Shown here one piece after another: positions 34,929-48,519 of a stretch of DNA of 64,000 nt. The notes below the pieces were generated by a model. That model saw only the letters and a list, made by a program, of their open reading frames with translations, did not search any database and had not been told where the DNA came from. The position numbers and the translations under genes are program-made. Every line of letters starts with the position of its first letter. The stretch's first letter is position 1. This stretch comes from Podospora anserina. Lineage: Eukaryota. The stretch spans positions 1,550,001 through 1,614,000 of the forward strand of contig CM030334.1 of the NCBI GenBank assembly GCA_017654855.1, written 5' to 3'.

Positions 34929-37900
34929 ATGCCTCCTAAAAAGAAGGGAAACAAGAAGGCCAACGACGACTGGGAAGCCGAAGCCTTTGGCGAGACCCCC
35001 GCCGCCGCCGCCGCCGGTGATGCCCCTGCTGGTGCTGATGCCCCCGCTGCCGAGGATGAAGCCCCTGCCGGCGGCCTCATGGCCCGCATGAAGAAGATGA
35101 AGGAGAAGCGCAAGCAAAAGGGCATGGACGAGGACTGGCTCAACGAGGTCGATACCGCCCCCGAGGGTGCCGCTTCTCCTGCTGCTGCTGCTGATGAGCA
35201 CCCTGCTGCTGCCCCTGCCGCTCCTGTCGAGGCGAGCATGGAGGATGAGTTTGCTTTGCCTGCTAAGAAGGGCGGGAAGCAACAGAAGGGTGTTACTCAG
35301 GTTTCAAAGGCCAAGCAGGCTGCCATGGCGGCCGAGAAGAAGGAGGAGGAGGAGTTGGCTGAGGGGGGGAGGGTGTTGACCAAGGCTGAGAAGGAGAAGC
35401 TCAAGAAGGAGAGGGAGAAGCAGAGGAAGAAGGAGCAGGTATGTTTTTGTTCGACAAAATCTGAAGGGGAATGATTGCTAATGGTGGGAACAATAGGCTG
35501 CCAAGAAGAAGGCGACTGCCCCTGCAAAGGCCGAGCCTGCTAAGGCCGAGGAGAAGAAGCCGGATTCTCCTGCCCCCGCGGCCGCTGCTGTCGCCCCACC
35601 TCCCGCTGAGCCTGCCGGTGGCAAGAAGAAGAAGATTCCTGCTGCGCTTGCTGCTCTTCAGAAGCAACAAGAGGCTCTCCGTCGCGCCCAGGAGGAGAAT
35701 GAGAGAATCGCCGCCGAGGAAAAGGCGAGGATAGAGGAGGAGGAGCGCCGCGAGGCTGAGGAGGCCAAGAGGAGGGAGGAGGAGAAGGCGAGGAAGAAGC
35801 AAAAGGAGAAGGAAAGAATCGAGCAGCTCAAGAAGGAGGGCAAGTACATGACCAAGGCTCAAAAGGAGGAGAAGGCCCGCAATGAAAGGAAGCTCCAGCA
35901 GATGTTGGCTTCTGGCATCAAGGTTGGCGCTCTGGCTGGCGAGGAGGGCGAGGAGAAGAAGGAGAAGAAGCCAAAGGTTGAGAAGAGGAGAGGTGGTGCT
36001 ATGCAAAAGAAGCTCGACGAGGAAAAGGCTCTTGCTGAGGCTGCTGAGCGCGCTAGGCTCCAGGCTGAGGCTGCCGCCAAGGAGCAGGCTGAAAAGGAGC
36101 GCATTGCTCGTGAGAAGGCTGAGAAGGAGGCTGCTGAGAAGGCCGCTGCCGCCAAGGCCGCTGCTGAGGACAGCGTTGATGAGGATTGGGAGGCCGCCGC
36201 CGCGTCGGATAAGGAAGAGGTCCAGGACAGCTGGGATGCCGACTCTGGTGAGGAGGGCGAGAAGAAGACTCTGCCTTCGAGGCCGAAGAAGGATGAAGAC
36301 GAGTCCGAGTCGGAAGAGGAAGACTCTGACGAGGAATCCTCCGAGGACGAGGAGACGACAGCCGCCAAGCTTGCCGAGGAAAAGAGAAAGAGAGAGGCTG
36401 CCGAGCGCAGAGAAAAGGCTCACCAGGCCGCTCTTGCTGCCCGGTCTGCGGATAACCTTCGCTCGCCCATCTGCTGCATTCTCGGTCACGTCGATACCGG
36501 AAAGACCAAGCTGCTCGACAAGATCCGTCAGACCAACGTCCAGGAGGGCGAAGCTGGCGGTATCACGCAGCAGATTGGTGCTACATACTTCCCTGCCGAT
36601 GCCATTCGCCAAAAGACTGCCGTCGTCAACCGGGATGGCAAGTTCGAGCTCAAGGTCCCCGGTCTCCTCATCATCGACACACCCGGTCACGAGTCCTTCT
36701 CCAACTTGCGTTCCCGTGGTTCGTCTCTGTGCAACATTGCCATCTTGGTGGTCGATATCATGCACGGTCTCGAGCCTCAAACCATCGAGTCGATGAACTT
36801 GCTCAAGGCCAGAAAGACTCCCTTCGTTGTCGCCCTCAACAAGATCGATCGTCTCTACGGCTGGAAGAAGATTGACAACAATGGTTTCCAGGACTCGTTG
36901 GCTCTGCAGAGCAAGGCCGTCCAGAACGAGTTCAAGAACCGTCTCGACCAGACCAAGCTTGCTTTCGCCGAGCAGGGTTTCAACTCTGAGGTCTTTTACG
37001 AGAACAAGAACATGTCCAAATACGTCTCGCTGATCCCCACCTCGGCCCACACCGGCGAGGGCATCCCCGACTTGCTCAAGCTCATTGCTCAGCTTACTCA
37101 GGAGAGGATGGTCGGCTCGCTCATGTACTTGTCCGAGGTCGAGGCCACCGTTCTCGAGGTCAAGGCTATCGAGGGTTTTGGTATGACCATCGATGTCATC
37201 CTGTCCAACGGCATTCTCAGGGAAGGCGATCGAATCATGCTGTGCGGTGTTGAAGGTGTCATCAAGACGAACATTAGAGCGCTGCTCACGCCGGCTCCCC
37301 TCAAGGAGCTGCGTGTCAAGTCTCAGTACGTCCACAACAAGGAGGTCAAGGCGGCTCTGGGTGTGAAGATTTCGGCTCCTGGTCTTGAAGGCGCCATCGC
37401 CGGTTCCAGGCTTGTTGTCGTTGGTCCTGATGATGACGAGGATGACCTCGAGGAGGAGGTCGAGGCCGATCTCGCCTCTCTCTTCAGCCGTGTCGAGAAG
37501 ACCGGTCGCGGTGTCTCGGTCCAGGCGTCCACCCTTGGTTCCTTGGAAGCCCTGCTTGACTTCCTCAAGGACTGCAAAATTCCCGTTGCCAACGTTGGCA
37601 TCGGCCCGGTCTACAAGCGCGACGTCATGCAGTGCGGTGTCATGTTGGAGAAGTCGCCTGATCTCGCCGTCATGCTGTGCTTCGACGTCAAGGTCGACAA
37701 GGAAGCGCAGCAGTATGCCGATGAGCAGGGCATCAAGATTTTCACTGCCGACATTATCTACCATCTCTTTGACAACTTCACCAAGCACCAGGCCGAGCAG
37801 CTGGAGAAGAAGAAGGAGGAGTCCAAGATGCTGGCTGTCTTCCCTTGTGTGTTGTCGCCGGTGGCCGTGTTCAACAAGACGAACCCTATCGTTGTTGGTG

Positions 37901-38312
37901 TGGATGTTGTTGAGGGTGCGCTGAGGATTAACACGCCTATTGCGGTGATTAAGCAGAACCCCAACACCGGGTTGAAGGAGGTGATCAATATTGGCAGAGT
38001 GTATGTTTCTTTTTTCTCCTCCCCTCTTTCTGTCATTGTGATCCCAGAAGCTAACCTTGTAACAGCACGTCCATCGAGCGTGAGCATAAGCAGATCCCCA
38101 TCTGCAAAAAGGGCCAACCGTCGGTTGCCGTCAAGATTGAGATGGGCAGCCACCAGCCGACGTATGGCAGGCAGCTTGAGGAGAAGGACATGCTGTACTC
38201 TGCCATTTCGAGAGCGAGCATCAACTGCCTCAAGGAGTTTTACCGGGCGGATATGACGAATGATGACTGGCAGTTGATTATCAAGCTGAAGCCCATGTTT
38301 GACATTGCTTAA
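34929..38312 (+). CDS. FUN12: Translation initiation factor eIF5B
   Basis: Charged N-terminus, [38 protein letters not shown] and NKID. Introns 35439..35496 and 38001..38065; ends LKPMFDIA*. Confidence 0.96.
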
Positions 38313-38522
38313 AGGGTTAGGGAATGGAAAACGGGATGGGGGGAAGGGAACAGGGTGTGATATGTTTTTTGGCACACAAAAATGGACGGGGGGATGTTAT
38401 TTTGTGTTGTTGTCACTACCAGTTGGTATTTAGTATACACAATGTTATCAAGTATGGGTATCTTTGTGGCTGTGGTGGGAGTGTTTGTTGTATTTTTCTA
38501 CTGATATCATGTATGTATGCTA

Positions 38523-41478
38523 CTACCTCTTTTTGGCATACCACCCCTCCAAATCCAACCTTGTGAGTAACATCTCTATGGTATTCTCCTGGTCTTTGCC
38601 ACCCCTCCTCCCTTCAGCAGTGGGTGTTTTTTCGGACAGGCCCCGGAGGACGGTGACGAAAACTTCGACCTTGCGGTGGAATCTTTTGTAGAGGTCCCTC
38701 TCTTCGTCGTGGTGCTGCTGTCCGTGCAACTCCAAGTGGGCATCGGCAGCTTTGATTCTGACAAGTCGGGCGAAGGAGAGGATTAAGGAGAGGACTTCTT
38801 CTAGGAGAGCCATAACGGGTTGTTGACGTTTCCGAAGTAATAAGCAAGACATGATACTGTCCAGCGTTGCCTCCTGTTTCTGCCTCAAAATCTCAGGACT
38901 GATCCCCGCTCTGGCGCTGTCGGCGGGGTTGGGGAGGGTGGCTTCGATGGTGTCGAGCCAGGTCTCGAACCGCCTCCAGACTTTTGCGATTCCGATATCA
39001 AAAAAGTAGTTTGCTACCGCAAAGGCAAACCCCCTCGCCTCCCACGCAAACCGTAACGTGACGTCTTCGCTGTCTGGCGGTAGCCCCGAGGTAGAGAAGC
39101 TGCTGGCTGCGTGCAGCACTCTCAACACCCGAATCAGAAGGCGGGAGATGCGGTCGTATTTCGCCAGGACCTGCGGCGTTATCACTGCGCGAAGGGGTGG
39201 CGGCGTGGTGTACGCCAACCTCAGGAAATCCAACGCTCCCAACCCGTCGACGTTCATGCACTTGTCTATTTCCTCCGGGGTGAGGTCGTGACGGATGGAG
39301 AATGACAGGTCGCCCGGTAACCGGCCTCCTTTTTCACCGCCCCCGCCGAGAGAGTCGGACAGCACCCCCATCAAAGCCAGTCTGAGCTCTGAAGACGCCG
39401 GAGGCCAAGTTCGACGGTTAGATCCGAGGCGGAGGCCCATTGACGAGGAGCCGCCTAGTGCGACGCCCTTCTGGCGTTCGGTGGTGGAGGAGTCAGGGTC
39501 GAACAACGCGCTGGACAACCGGGCGACGAGGAGGCCGTTGGAGAGGAGGAAGGATTGATTCAGCAGGGAGAGGTGGGAGCGCAAGGAGTGGGAGGTGAAG
39601 AGGAGGGTTGTAGTCAGGTGGGACAGGAGGGCTGATTGATATGTCAGTAGTGGACTGAACGATAAGAGTGGTAAAAGGGAGGTGTGCGGTGACAGGGCTG
39701 TCTTGTGAGATAAGGGGGAGTAAAGGTGTGATTTCAGCAGCTGGGCAAGGTCATCCGCCGGCGGTGGCTCCCTCAGCGGTTGATCCATCTGCTTCATCGA
39801 CTCGAGAATATTCGTAGCAACCTCCGCTTCCGACTTCCCAAACACAGCAAACTCTACTGCACCACTCTCCTCCGTCTTCGAATCACCAGTTTGTTCACCC
39901 CCCACGCCGGCAGCCAAGAGAACCCTCTCAACAGCCCCCCTGTACTCCTCCACCCTCCCCTCTAACCTCGCAATAGCCTCCCACTCAAACTCAAACTCCA
40001 ACCTCGGCGGCTTCGTCAACTCGACCACATCTACCCGCGCCAGGGGGTGCTCAGGATGGTGCTCCCTCAAAAACCGCAGATTCCTCCCCGTTTCGAAAAT
40101 ACTCTCCGCCATGTCCCCGGGGACAAACCCCGGCATTTTTGACTCGTCTAGAAAGTACTCTGGCTCGTCCATATCGCACCCCTGGTCGTCAATCCACATT
40201 TTGTCTGCCACCTTGACAAACCCCTTCCCTGAACCACCTGTCTTGCTGACGGGAATACCCTCCTCCACCTTGGTGCCGATCCATTCCTCGACAAAATCCG
40301 TCCAGGGCCGGGAGACGATTCTTAGGACTTCGTTGGTAGCCGCGCGCAAGAGATCGTCTTTGTATTCCGCTGCCTGGACCGCCTGGAACAAAGCAGAAAG
40401 CATGGCCTCGTCTGTCTTTGCCGTGGCGACCTTCTGGACGAGCTTTTTGAAGTAGGAGAGGACTGTCTGGACGGGCTGGACGAGGGATTGCAGCTGGAGG
40501 ATGGATCTGACGTTGCGGCTGCGGGTGCTGAGCTCGGTGCCCACGGTGGTGATGAGACGGGCGATGACGCCTGCGAAGGCGATGCGGGTTGGGGAGGAGG
40601 ACGGGGAGGAGTAGGCGGTTTCAGAGTAGTACTGGAGGTGTCTCGTGCAGTTGCCGCAGTCGAGGCAGAGGTTGTCGATGGCTTTGATCAAGTCGAGGGT
40701 GATGCCCGAGGTGCGGAGGAGAGGGGCGGTTTTGGTGAAGGAGTTTTGGGTGGAGTCCCAGGTGAAGAGGAGGGAGCTTCTGCCTAGGGATAGAGTCAAA
40801 AGACAGGCGGAGTAGATTGAGTTGTCCAGGATGTCTGGTGGTTTGTTTTCAGTGTCGTTGTTTGAGGCTGCGATTATGGAGTCGAAGGCTGCTGGGCCGG
40901 CTTCTGTGGTGAAGGAGGTAGGCCCTTCTTTGGTCTTCTCAAAGGCTTCCCATGTTTTGTACTGGGGTTTGGCGCTGGCGACATCGTCTGGGAGAAGCCA
41001 AAAGTCTTCCTCCTCGCTAGAGAGTTCGTGGTCGAGCTCTGGTTGGTTTTCTTCCTGAGCTGTATCGGCACCGGGGGCTTTGGCATGCTGAGCGGCAAGA
41101 TCTCTCAAGATGGGTGGAAGTTTAAAGAAAGCATCGTCATTCTCCTGGCCAAGTTCAGGAGTCGGATGTCCTTGTAGTTGAGAGCTGATCAGTCCATCTT
41201 GTGTTCCTAATTACTAGTTAGCATCTGCACCTCATAGCCTGCAGGAAGAAATACATACCTTCAGCTCCCCATGAAAACAGGGGGTTCTGTTTATTGATCT
41301 CCTCGATAGACTTGGCAAGCCAGTTGGAGGGCCGCCAAAAGTCGGGAATTGCAAAGAGATTAGAGAGGTCATCCTCGTCGTCTTTGTCTGCATATTTCTT
41401 CTTTAATGGGGGTATCTTTAAGCGAGCATCTGAGAAAAAGCTGCTGGTGTCGGTATTTACATCATGAAGGCCCGCCAT
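38523..41478 (-). CDS. Spc97/Spc98-family gamma-tubulin complex protein, probably GCP6 (Alp16-like)
   Basis: IFETGRNLRFLR, FLLSNGLLVARLSSALFD, WPPASSELRLALMGVL and LDFLRLAY. Intron 41258..41171 joins the two ORFs in frame. Confidence 0.8.
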
Positions 41479-41782
41479 CTTTGATGTGCTTGGTGTTGTA
41501 GTAGTGTTTCACTTGACTGAGCGCTGAGAAGGGAAAGTGGAACGCGTACGGAGCACCCCAGTCGCGGAAATTGACCCGCTAAAGCTTCCCTGATCCCTGT
41601 CTGTCAACTGCGCTGCAGCCACAGCGGTCGTAGCGCTTGGCTGCGACTCGATTGAAGCTTGAAGCTTCAACTTTCCTCCGACTCAATTCTTGAACCGACA
41701 CACATCGTATCTTCCGTGAGCAGCTATTCCCTTGATAATTCTCCTCGATTCGATAACCACAAGATAACTAAACAGAGCCGAC

Positions 41783-42713
41783 ATGCCTCCCAAGAAGAAA
41801 GGCGGGCGCGCAAGCACCCAGGCCGCCGCGACTCCAGACGATGCGATGGACATTGATACACCAGCCGCTTCGGAGACACCAGCTCCCCCAAAAGAGGTTA
41901 CGGACCCGTGGACGGACGACCAGGTCGCTTCTCTTTTCAAGGGCGTCATTCGGTGGAAACCAGCAGGTTCGTTGGCCTGCCATTCACCCATACCTCGCCG
42001 AGATAGTCTGCTCACAGTCACCAGGAATGCACAAACACTTTCGGATACTGGCCATCAGCGAGCACCTCCGTAACCACGGAATAGACCCCGACGTATGGCC
42101 ACACACCCGAATCCCCGGCATCTGGGCTAAGCTACGCGAGTTCTATAACTTAGAAGCCATCGACGAGCGAGAGAACAGTATGGATCCGCCAGAAGAGAAG
42201 GGCCAGCCCAGGCGATACCTCGACTTCAGACTACCCTTTAAAGACTACGTCGACCTGATGGAGGAGAGGGCTCGCGCAGATCCCAGTGAGGCACCGTCCA
42301 GTCCGCCACAATGGGACCCCAATGACCCTACCGCTGGAGGTGACGGGAAAAAGAGGAAGCGAGCGGCAGTCACATCGGCAGCATCAACGGACGGGAACAC
42401 TAAGACTCGAAGTTCTACTGTTGAGGCAACGGATAACGAGACTCCTGCAGCTAGTCCCTCCAGGAAGACGGCCAGGACCGGTAGAAATGCCAAACGTGCT
42501 GCTAGTAGAGGACGCAAGGCGAAGGAAGAGTCACCCCCTCCTAGTGAAGAGGAGAGCGAGGAGGAAGAGGGGTCTGAAGAGGACGAGGAAGAAGAGGACG
42601 ATGAAGAAGAAACGGGCACACCTGCATCTACCAAGGGCGGTAGGTCAACAACCAGAGGCCGGACTGCCACCAGAGCGAGAGGTCGAGGGCGAGGACGAGG
42701 TCGGGGTAGATAG
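41783..42713 (+). CDS. EAF7: NuA4 subunit Eaf7 (CT20 family)
   Basis: [26 protein letters not shown] after splicing intron 41967..42024, [13 protein letters not shown], and an acidic plus RG-repeat tail. Confidence 0.88.
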
Positions 42714-43046
42714 GATCCACAGGCTGACTATCGCCCATTGTATTCATGGGGTGGTCGCTGACCAATTTTTTATTTCTTTTTAGGGAGGGCTCATGCAGAT
42801 TGTTAGGCGTACTGGTTATACCCTGTTATGGTTATTGGAAGCAAATAACGCCCTGAGCGTGTCAATCTGTATTATTTTCCAGTCTCGAGATGTTTGCGTG
42901 GTGTTGATCGCAAATGGGAACCCCGCCAAAAATAGCCCCGCAGTCGCGATTGACATGACGCGCTGCTGAATATGGGCCCAATGCTCGCGACATCATCTTT
43001 GTTGACAAACCTCCAACACAACACATCACTACACTACAAACTCACA

Positions 43047-44645
43047 ATGTCTCGCCCAGGTTCTACCGTGCCGGCGAGGCCTTTGACTCTCACCGAAGAG
43101 CTCGAGAAGCTCGAGCAATCCATCACTCTTACCCTTCAAGGTGCCCGTTTTTCTGTCTTCCCAAAGATATGCCCCGGCTAACATGTCCCAGAAATCGACC
43201 ACAACTTTAGCAGAGCGCACCGCATTGTTACCGGCAGCATCTTGCCTCTTGTAGAACAGTATGGCGAACACTCTCGGAATGTGTGGGAGGCGACCAAGTT
43301 CTGGAAACAATTCTTCGAGGCCTCTGCCAACGTCTCGCTGTCTGGATATGAAGAGCTGGCCAACAACGGGCCCGAGGAGAGCACCGAGATCGAACAGACA
43401 GTAGACGAAAGTACTGCCCAGTACAGCACTCCCCATAACCAGCAACAACACCACAACGAAGGCGTCAGCCATCTCGAGGCGAATCAATCCTCGGTAGTCT
43501 ACCCCAGCGGCAGCCGACAACAACAACAACAACAGCAGCAGCAGCAGCACCAGCAGCACCAGCACCAGCACCAGCACCAGCAAGACGAATCAATGTTTGA
43601 CAACAGCGACGAAGACGTCTCGGGCAGCACCCCCCGCCCTACCATAGGGAAAACCATACCCTCCCGCTCCCAAATGGCGACGCTCTCCTCCCCCTACGAG
43701 AACCTCAGGCGGGACTATTCGCAAAAACCCAACACGCCAGGCTACGAGCCCACCCCAAAGCAAGAAGAAGAAGACAACACCTCCCTCCTCATCCAAGAAT
43801 TCACCACCCGCCTCCCAGACATGTCCATGCACCCCCGTCACTCCCCTCCCGAGCAATCCCACACGGCAACACAATTCCTCGATTCCGACGACGATTTGGC
43901 GTTCTTGAAACCAGGCAACAAGAAAAATACCGACCCGGTCCTCCACCATTTGAAGGACAAAAACTTCCGCGTCATGGCCACCCCTCACAAAGGCCACACG
44001 GGAGTTACGCCCCTCAAATGGAAAATAACCTCTAACCAACCCCTCTTCACCACCCCCGGCAAAGGCAAGTCCGGTGTTGATCCAACAATCACCTCCCGCC
44101 CCATCTGGGCCGATTCCCCGGGCGACAGCCCAGAGATTGCGCTGCCACAACTGCGCTCAGCGGCGTTTATGTCGCCTACCAAGGCGGCGTATCGGTCTGC
44201 GGCGCTTAAACAGAGTGTTAATGCCCCTAGGACGCCAGGGGTGAGCGTGCAGACACCGGCGGCAAAGGGGGGGAAGACGAGGGATGTGTACAATGAGGAT
44301 AAGTATGCGAACGCGACGGGGGATGAGCTAGGGTGGAGCGAGGATGATGATGAGGATGAACGGGAGCTGAGCGAGATGGGGATGAGCCCGCCGAAGACGA
44401 TTCAGTTTGCGCTGCCGCCTGGGAGGTTGATGCAGACGCCTGCGAGGGAGGCGAGCAGGAGGATTGTGGAGGGGTTGCTGATGAGGGCTGGGGAGGGGGA
44501 TATGACGTTGGATTTTACGGGGGTTGTGCCTGGTTTTGGGGGAGAGCAACAAGAACAACAAGGGGGGAATGGGGGGCAGAGGGGGATGGAGTATAGTCCT
44601 ACGTTGGTGAAGATGAGTTTGGAGATGCAGGATGATACTTTTTAG
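43047..44645 (+). CDS. ASK1: DASH/Dam1 kinetochore complex subunit Ask1
   Basis: LTEELEKLEQSITLTLQEIDHNFSRAHRIVT..FWKQFFEASANVSLSGYEE. Intron 43141..43191 has a weak GTGCCC donor. Contains a poly-Q/QH tract. Confidence 0.92.
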
Positions 44646-44720
44646 GGTGTAAAGGGGGTGGCAGGTGTCAATACAGTGGAGGGTCGAGATGGGGGGTAAA
44701 ATTAGGGTCTGGATGTAGGA

Positions 44721-44788
44721 TGTGGTATGTGGTATGTGGTATGTGGTGTGTGGAATGTGGTATGTGGTATGTGGTATGTGGTATGTGG
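44721..44788 (+). repeat. 7-bp tandem repeat (TGTGGTA)~9.5, with two variant units
   Basis: Read directly; lies between convergent 3' ends. Confidence 0.9.
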
Positions 44789-45011
44789 GTGTATATACGT
44801 CGTGTTTTGCTGTATGGAAAAAACTGAAGAGTGTATGTTGAGCCCAATTCTGTGCATCTATGCTCCTCTTTTGTTTCCCTTGCCATTACCCTACCCATCC
44901 TTCTCATGGTTGGTGTATCCCACCTCCTGTCCAGCTAACCACCTCCCCTTTAGTAAGAGGCAGCTAGCAGATTGACCCTAAACCTTCGATTATCCTCACC
45001 GTTAAAGGGAG

Positions 45012-45335
45012 TCAAAACCCCATGTTGATCTGGTTCTTCATCACTTGGCTTTTGCTTGCTGGCTTCCCGCCTGTTGAGGAGCTCTTGGAGGACTTGGCTT
45101 GGGACTTGAGATAGGAGATGTCGGTGGTTGTGCTGGCTATGGAGGCTGTGTCATCGGAGGAGGAGGACTGTTGTGACTGGGACTGCTGCTGCTTGGCTTG
45201 GGCGTGGGCGGCTTTTTGGTCGGCCATGATTTGGGTGGCGTAGTTGCGGGGATAGAGGGGGGAGTTGAAAGCTGGGTGAGGTTGTTAGTGGAGGGAGGGT
45301 GATGGGGCTGGGGGGGGCTTACTGTTGGAGGACAT
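45012..45335 (-). CDS. Small Ser/Gln/Lys-rich hypothetical protein (90 aa)
   Basis: ACCGCC-ATG context, 13-nt exon 1, intron 45322..45272 (GTAAGC..CTAAC..CAG) in frame with the 71-aa ORF, C-ending codon bias, and TATATAAG ~240 nt upstream. Confidence 0.75.
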
Positions 45336-47740
45336 GGCGGTGGTTGTGGAAGTGAAGTTGGGAATGGTGTTGGTGGTGAGAATAGCGGTGGTGGATGTGG
45401 TTGTGATGGTGATGGTTATGGTGGTGGTCACTGTATAAATGGTGATAGCCGTTTTGAGTGGTGCGATGATAGTTGTGCAAGTGTATGTATGTGTGTGTGT
45501 GTGTGTGTGTGTGTCTGTGTGATTTTCTGCCTGGTGACAACCTGAGGACAAAAAAGGGGCGTCCAACCCAGATCTTATATACACGACAGACAGGACAAGC
45601 TTTTCTAGTACCAGGTACGGCATAGTTGAGAGAACAAGCATTGGTTACCTTACCAAGGACTGAAATCCTTCCCGTCAGCCCCATCCATCGTCCTGTAGTT
45701 GGTGAACCCTACGTAGCTGCCTACGCTGCTGCCACACATGTCCACACTACCGATCCATGCTGTCGGTCCACCCGTGGAAAAGTGGCTTCGCAAGGCTGGT
45801 CGTAATCAGCAGCCCGTTTGTGATCTGTGTGTGTGTGTGTGTGTGCAAGGGTGGTGGACAGCATGCTAGTAGACAGACACAGAACACACACCGGTAAGTG
45901 AGTCACCCGCCGCTCCGTTGGCTATAGGTAGTTCAGAAACTAGGATGAGATGAGACGAAAAAGGAAAAGAAAAAAAAAGAAGGAAAGTGGGTTGCAGCGT
46001 GGTGTCAATGTGCATGCGTACACAGCCTACGTCAAACGGTTTTTTCGTACCATTGTCACTTCTTGTTGGTGTACATACAAAGACAGGACGGCGTCACACT
46101 GGGCGATGGGTGTCGTGTGTGGTGGGCAGATAGATGCAAGTCAGAATGGGGGTAGCCGCGCGTGTAACAATGAGAAAAAAAATACGCCCTGTGTGACGGT
46201 GTGTCAGATTCTAGATTTTTTTTAAAGGTTTCTTCTTCTTGCAGATAGGCGGAGAGATCTATCGTGACTGTTCTATGGTGAGAAGTTGTGGCTGTGACTA
46301 GGTATGCCACCGCACCGCCAACCGGTTGATTAAAGGTATGGGAATAGCAGTGCCAGAAGGGTTGTAAATACACCAACGGCCCCCTTTTCATTCTCACCGT
46401 TGTTCTGCAAAAAATAACGACATCATCAGAAAATTTCTCAAGGTCTGTTGGACATATGTCGTGTCGTCGTCAACATGTATCTGGATGCCTGATATCAATA
46501 CCACCAGACCCCGGCGACTTTTCTCGCTCTTGATGCAGCCCTTGCTTGCGTCTTCACCTTCGGACTTCGTCTAGAATCTGCACGGTCCTTCTTATCAGCG
46601 TGACCTTTCTGTTTAAGTGCCGGTGCTGCTGGGTAGCATTCATAGCAGGGAAACACCAAAACCTTGTTTACTAGGACGGAAAGAAGTCGTTGCCTGTTGC
46701 GTAAGGCTGTTGTTTCCTGACCCGTGAGGCTTGCGTGTGCTCAACACGCTGAAGGTTAGGGGTGGTGGTGAGAGGCCAAATTAGGCAGGTGGTTGAGAAC
46801 GACAGACGATAGTTCTGCCCAGCTAGGCGCCGCGTGAATAATCAGGACAGGAACGTCGAGGTGATGGCGTCGAGGCTGGGCCGTACATTTCTTTGCTCAG
46901 TAGTGCCAATTCGGCTTTCCCAGCTTCCTTCATCGTTACCATGTATGTTCTGAACAATCCAAGTCATGTTATGGTCTATGTATGGTATTTCCCCACCTCT
47001 CTAGAACGGGCTTAGCATACCTTCTTCGCAGAATGTCAAGAGGAAGTAGCATCACATGTCGAGAAACAGAAACAATTCTTTCCTGTGTCGAGTGTTTGAA
47101 CAAGCACAAAAAAATGACCTTGTGGTTCTATAGGTTGGACGACCGGTTGTCAAATAGTTGCACTTACACCATTTTCTTGACTACTGAGGTGATCAAGCCA
47201 TGCGCTAACAGTTTAGTGCGAGATCAACACCTCCAGCTGCTAAGATGACAAGAAAACCCCCTCTCTTGTCCCTGCCAGGGGAGATCTCGTGAGCCTATAC
47301 GGGGTGACGGGCAGATGACTTGGTGATACGGCATCAGATATCTCCCGGTGATGTACAGAAAAATCAGAGCTCTCTGTGCCTGTTGACAGTCCCGACACCG
47401 GACTGTGATATGCGTTGGTGGTGGCACAACGGAGCTGTCATCGGCCATTGTCAAATCAGACGAGGCCAAAGCTCCTGCCCTGTCACACTCGCAGCTGTCA
47501 TCCCAAGTTTGCCGTTGGCAGTTGTCTTGTTGACTTTCTCAGGGGCGTCAGTACGTCGTCTGTTGTCCACCCAACCAGAGCCTCGTAGAAAACGAAATTC
47601 TGGATACGCGTATGGAATAGAAACCGTCCCGGCGACGACAATGACGTCCTTCTGGAAGCATTGACATGTTTCATTCGGGGTCCCCCGCAAATTGGCGTCT
47701 CGCTCGTCTGTGCCCGAAGCTCCATCAAGCTTACCAATTC

Positions 47741-47743
<3 letters not shown>

Positions 47744-47772
<29 letters not shown>
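47744..47772 (+). repeat. (AG)n microsatellite
   Basis: Read directly from the sequence. Confidence 0.85.
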
Positions 47773-47775
<3 letters not shown>

Positions 47776-48519
47776 TGCTGGTGGTTCAAAAGCGAATTAC
47801 AAAACCAATTCAGCAATTCGGAAAAACGCGGCCGGCTTGGCCTCCCGGATAAAGACGTTAGTAGTCTAGTAGCTTTGACTTGGTATTCTTGACCTTGCCT
47901 CGATAGGAAAGCCAGAAAAGACATCCCTGGAAGATCGTCGACATAGGAAAAAACAACAGCCCACGATGTGCTGTCGCTTTGGACACAGGGGAGAGAGTGC
48001 CAGTGTCGTGGTCGCTGTCCCAGCAGTTTGGATAGTGTCACAGGAGTCCACTAGGTATCTCAGGGCAAATCCATCTCGGGTTTGTCTGTTACTCGCGTGG
48101 TGGTGGTTTATTGACAGAATGGTTCAACATGAGATGAATCCCCACTTCCAACGCGACTGAACTGAGATATCCAGGCGCTAGCGCAGGGACTCAGGGCTTT
48201 GCTTGGCGGGTTCGATAGGATCAACGGCCGATTTCTGAAAGATTGGGTATTTTTTTTTTTTTTTTGCGCCAGCGCCAGCAACAGAAAGGTGGGCAACAGG
48301 CGAGCCACTCGAAATCTCTGTGCATTCCCGGCCTTCCGGGATGTCCACAGGCCCCGTTCGACCAGGGCCCACACGGCCCTCGCTCTAGCATTTCTAGTCG
48401 GCCTGCTCCCGCCATCGTCTTTTCCATCGCCTTTGGCTTTTGTTGGTGTTGTCAACAGCTTCACCGCGCGCGCTACTCACCGAGGCACGCCGAAAACACA
48501 CGCCGCCCGACCGCCCGCC

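Noticed and set aside
35401..37788. 795-aa antisense ORF opposite eIF5B; similar ORFs lie opposite NOG1, GCP2, ERG5 and RRP8
   Set aside because: Shadow ORFs expected from strong C/G-ending codon bias on the sense strand. They show no motifs or gene signals of their own.
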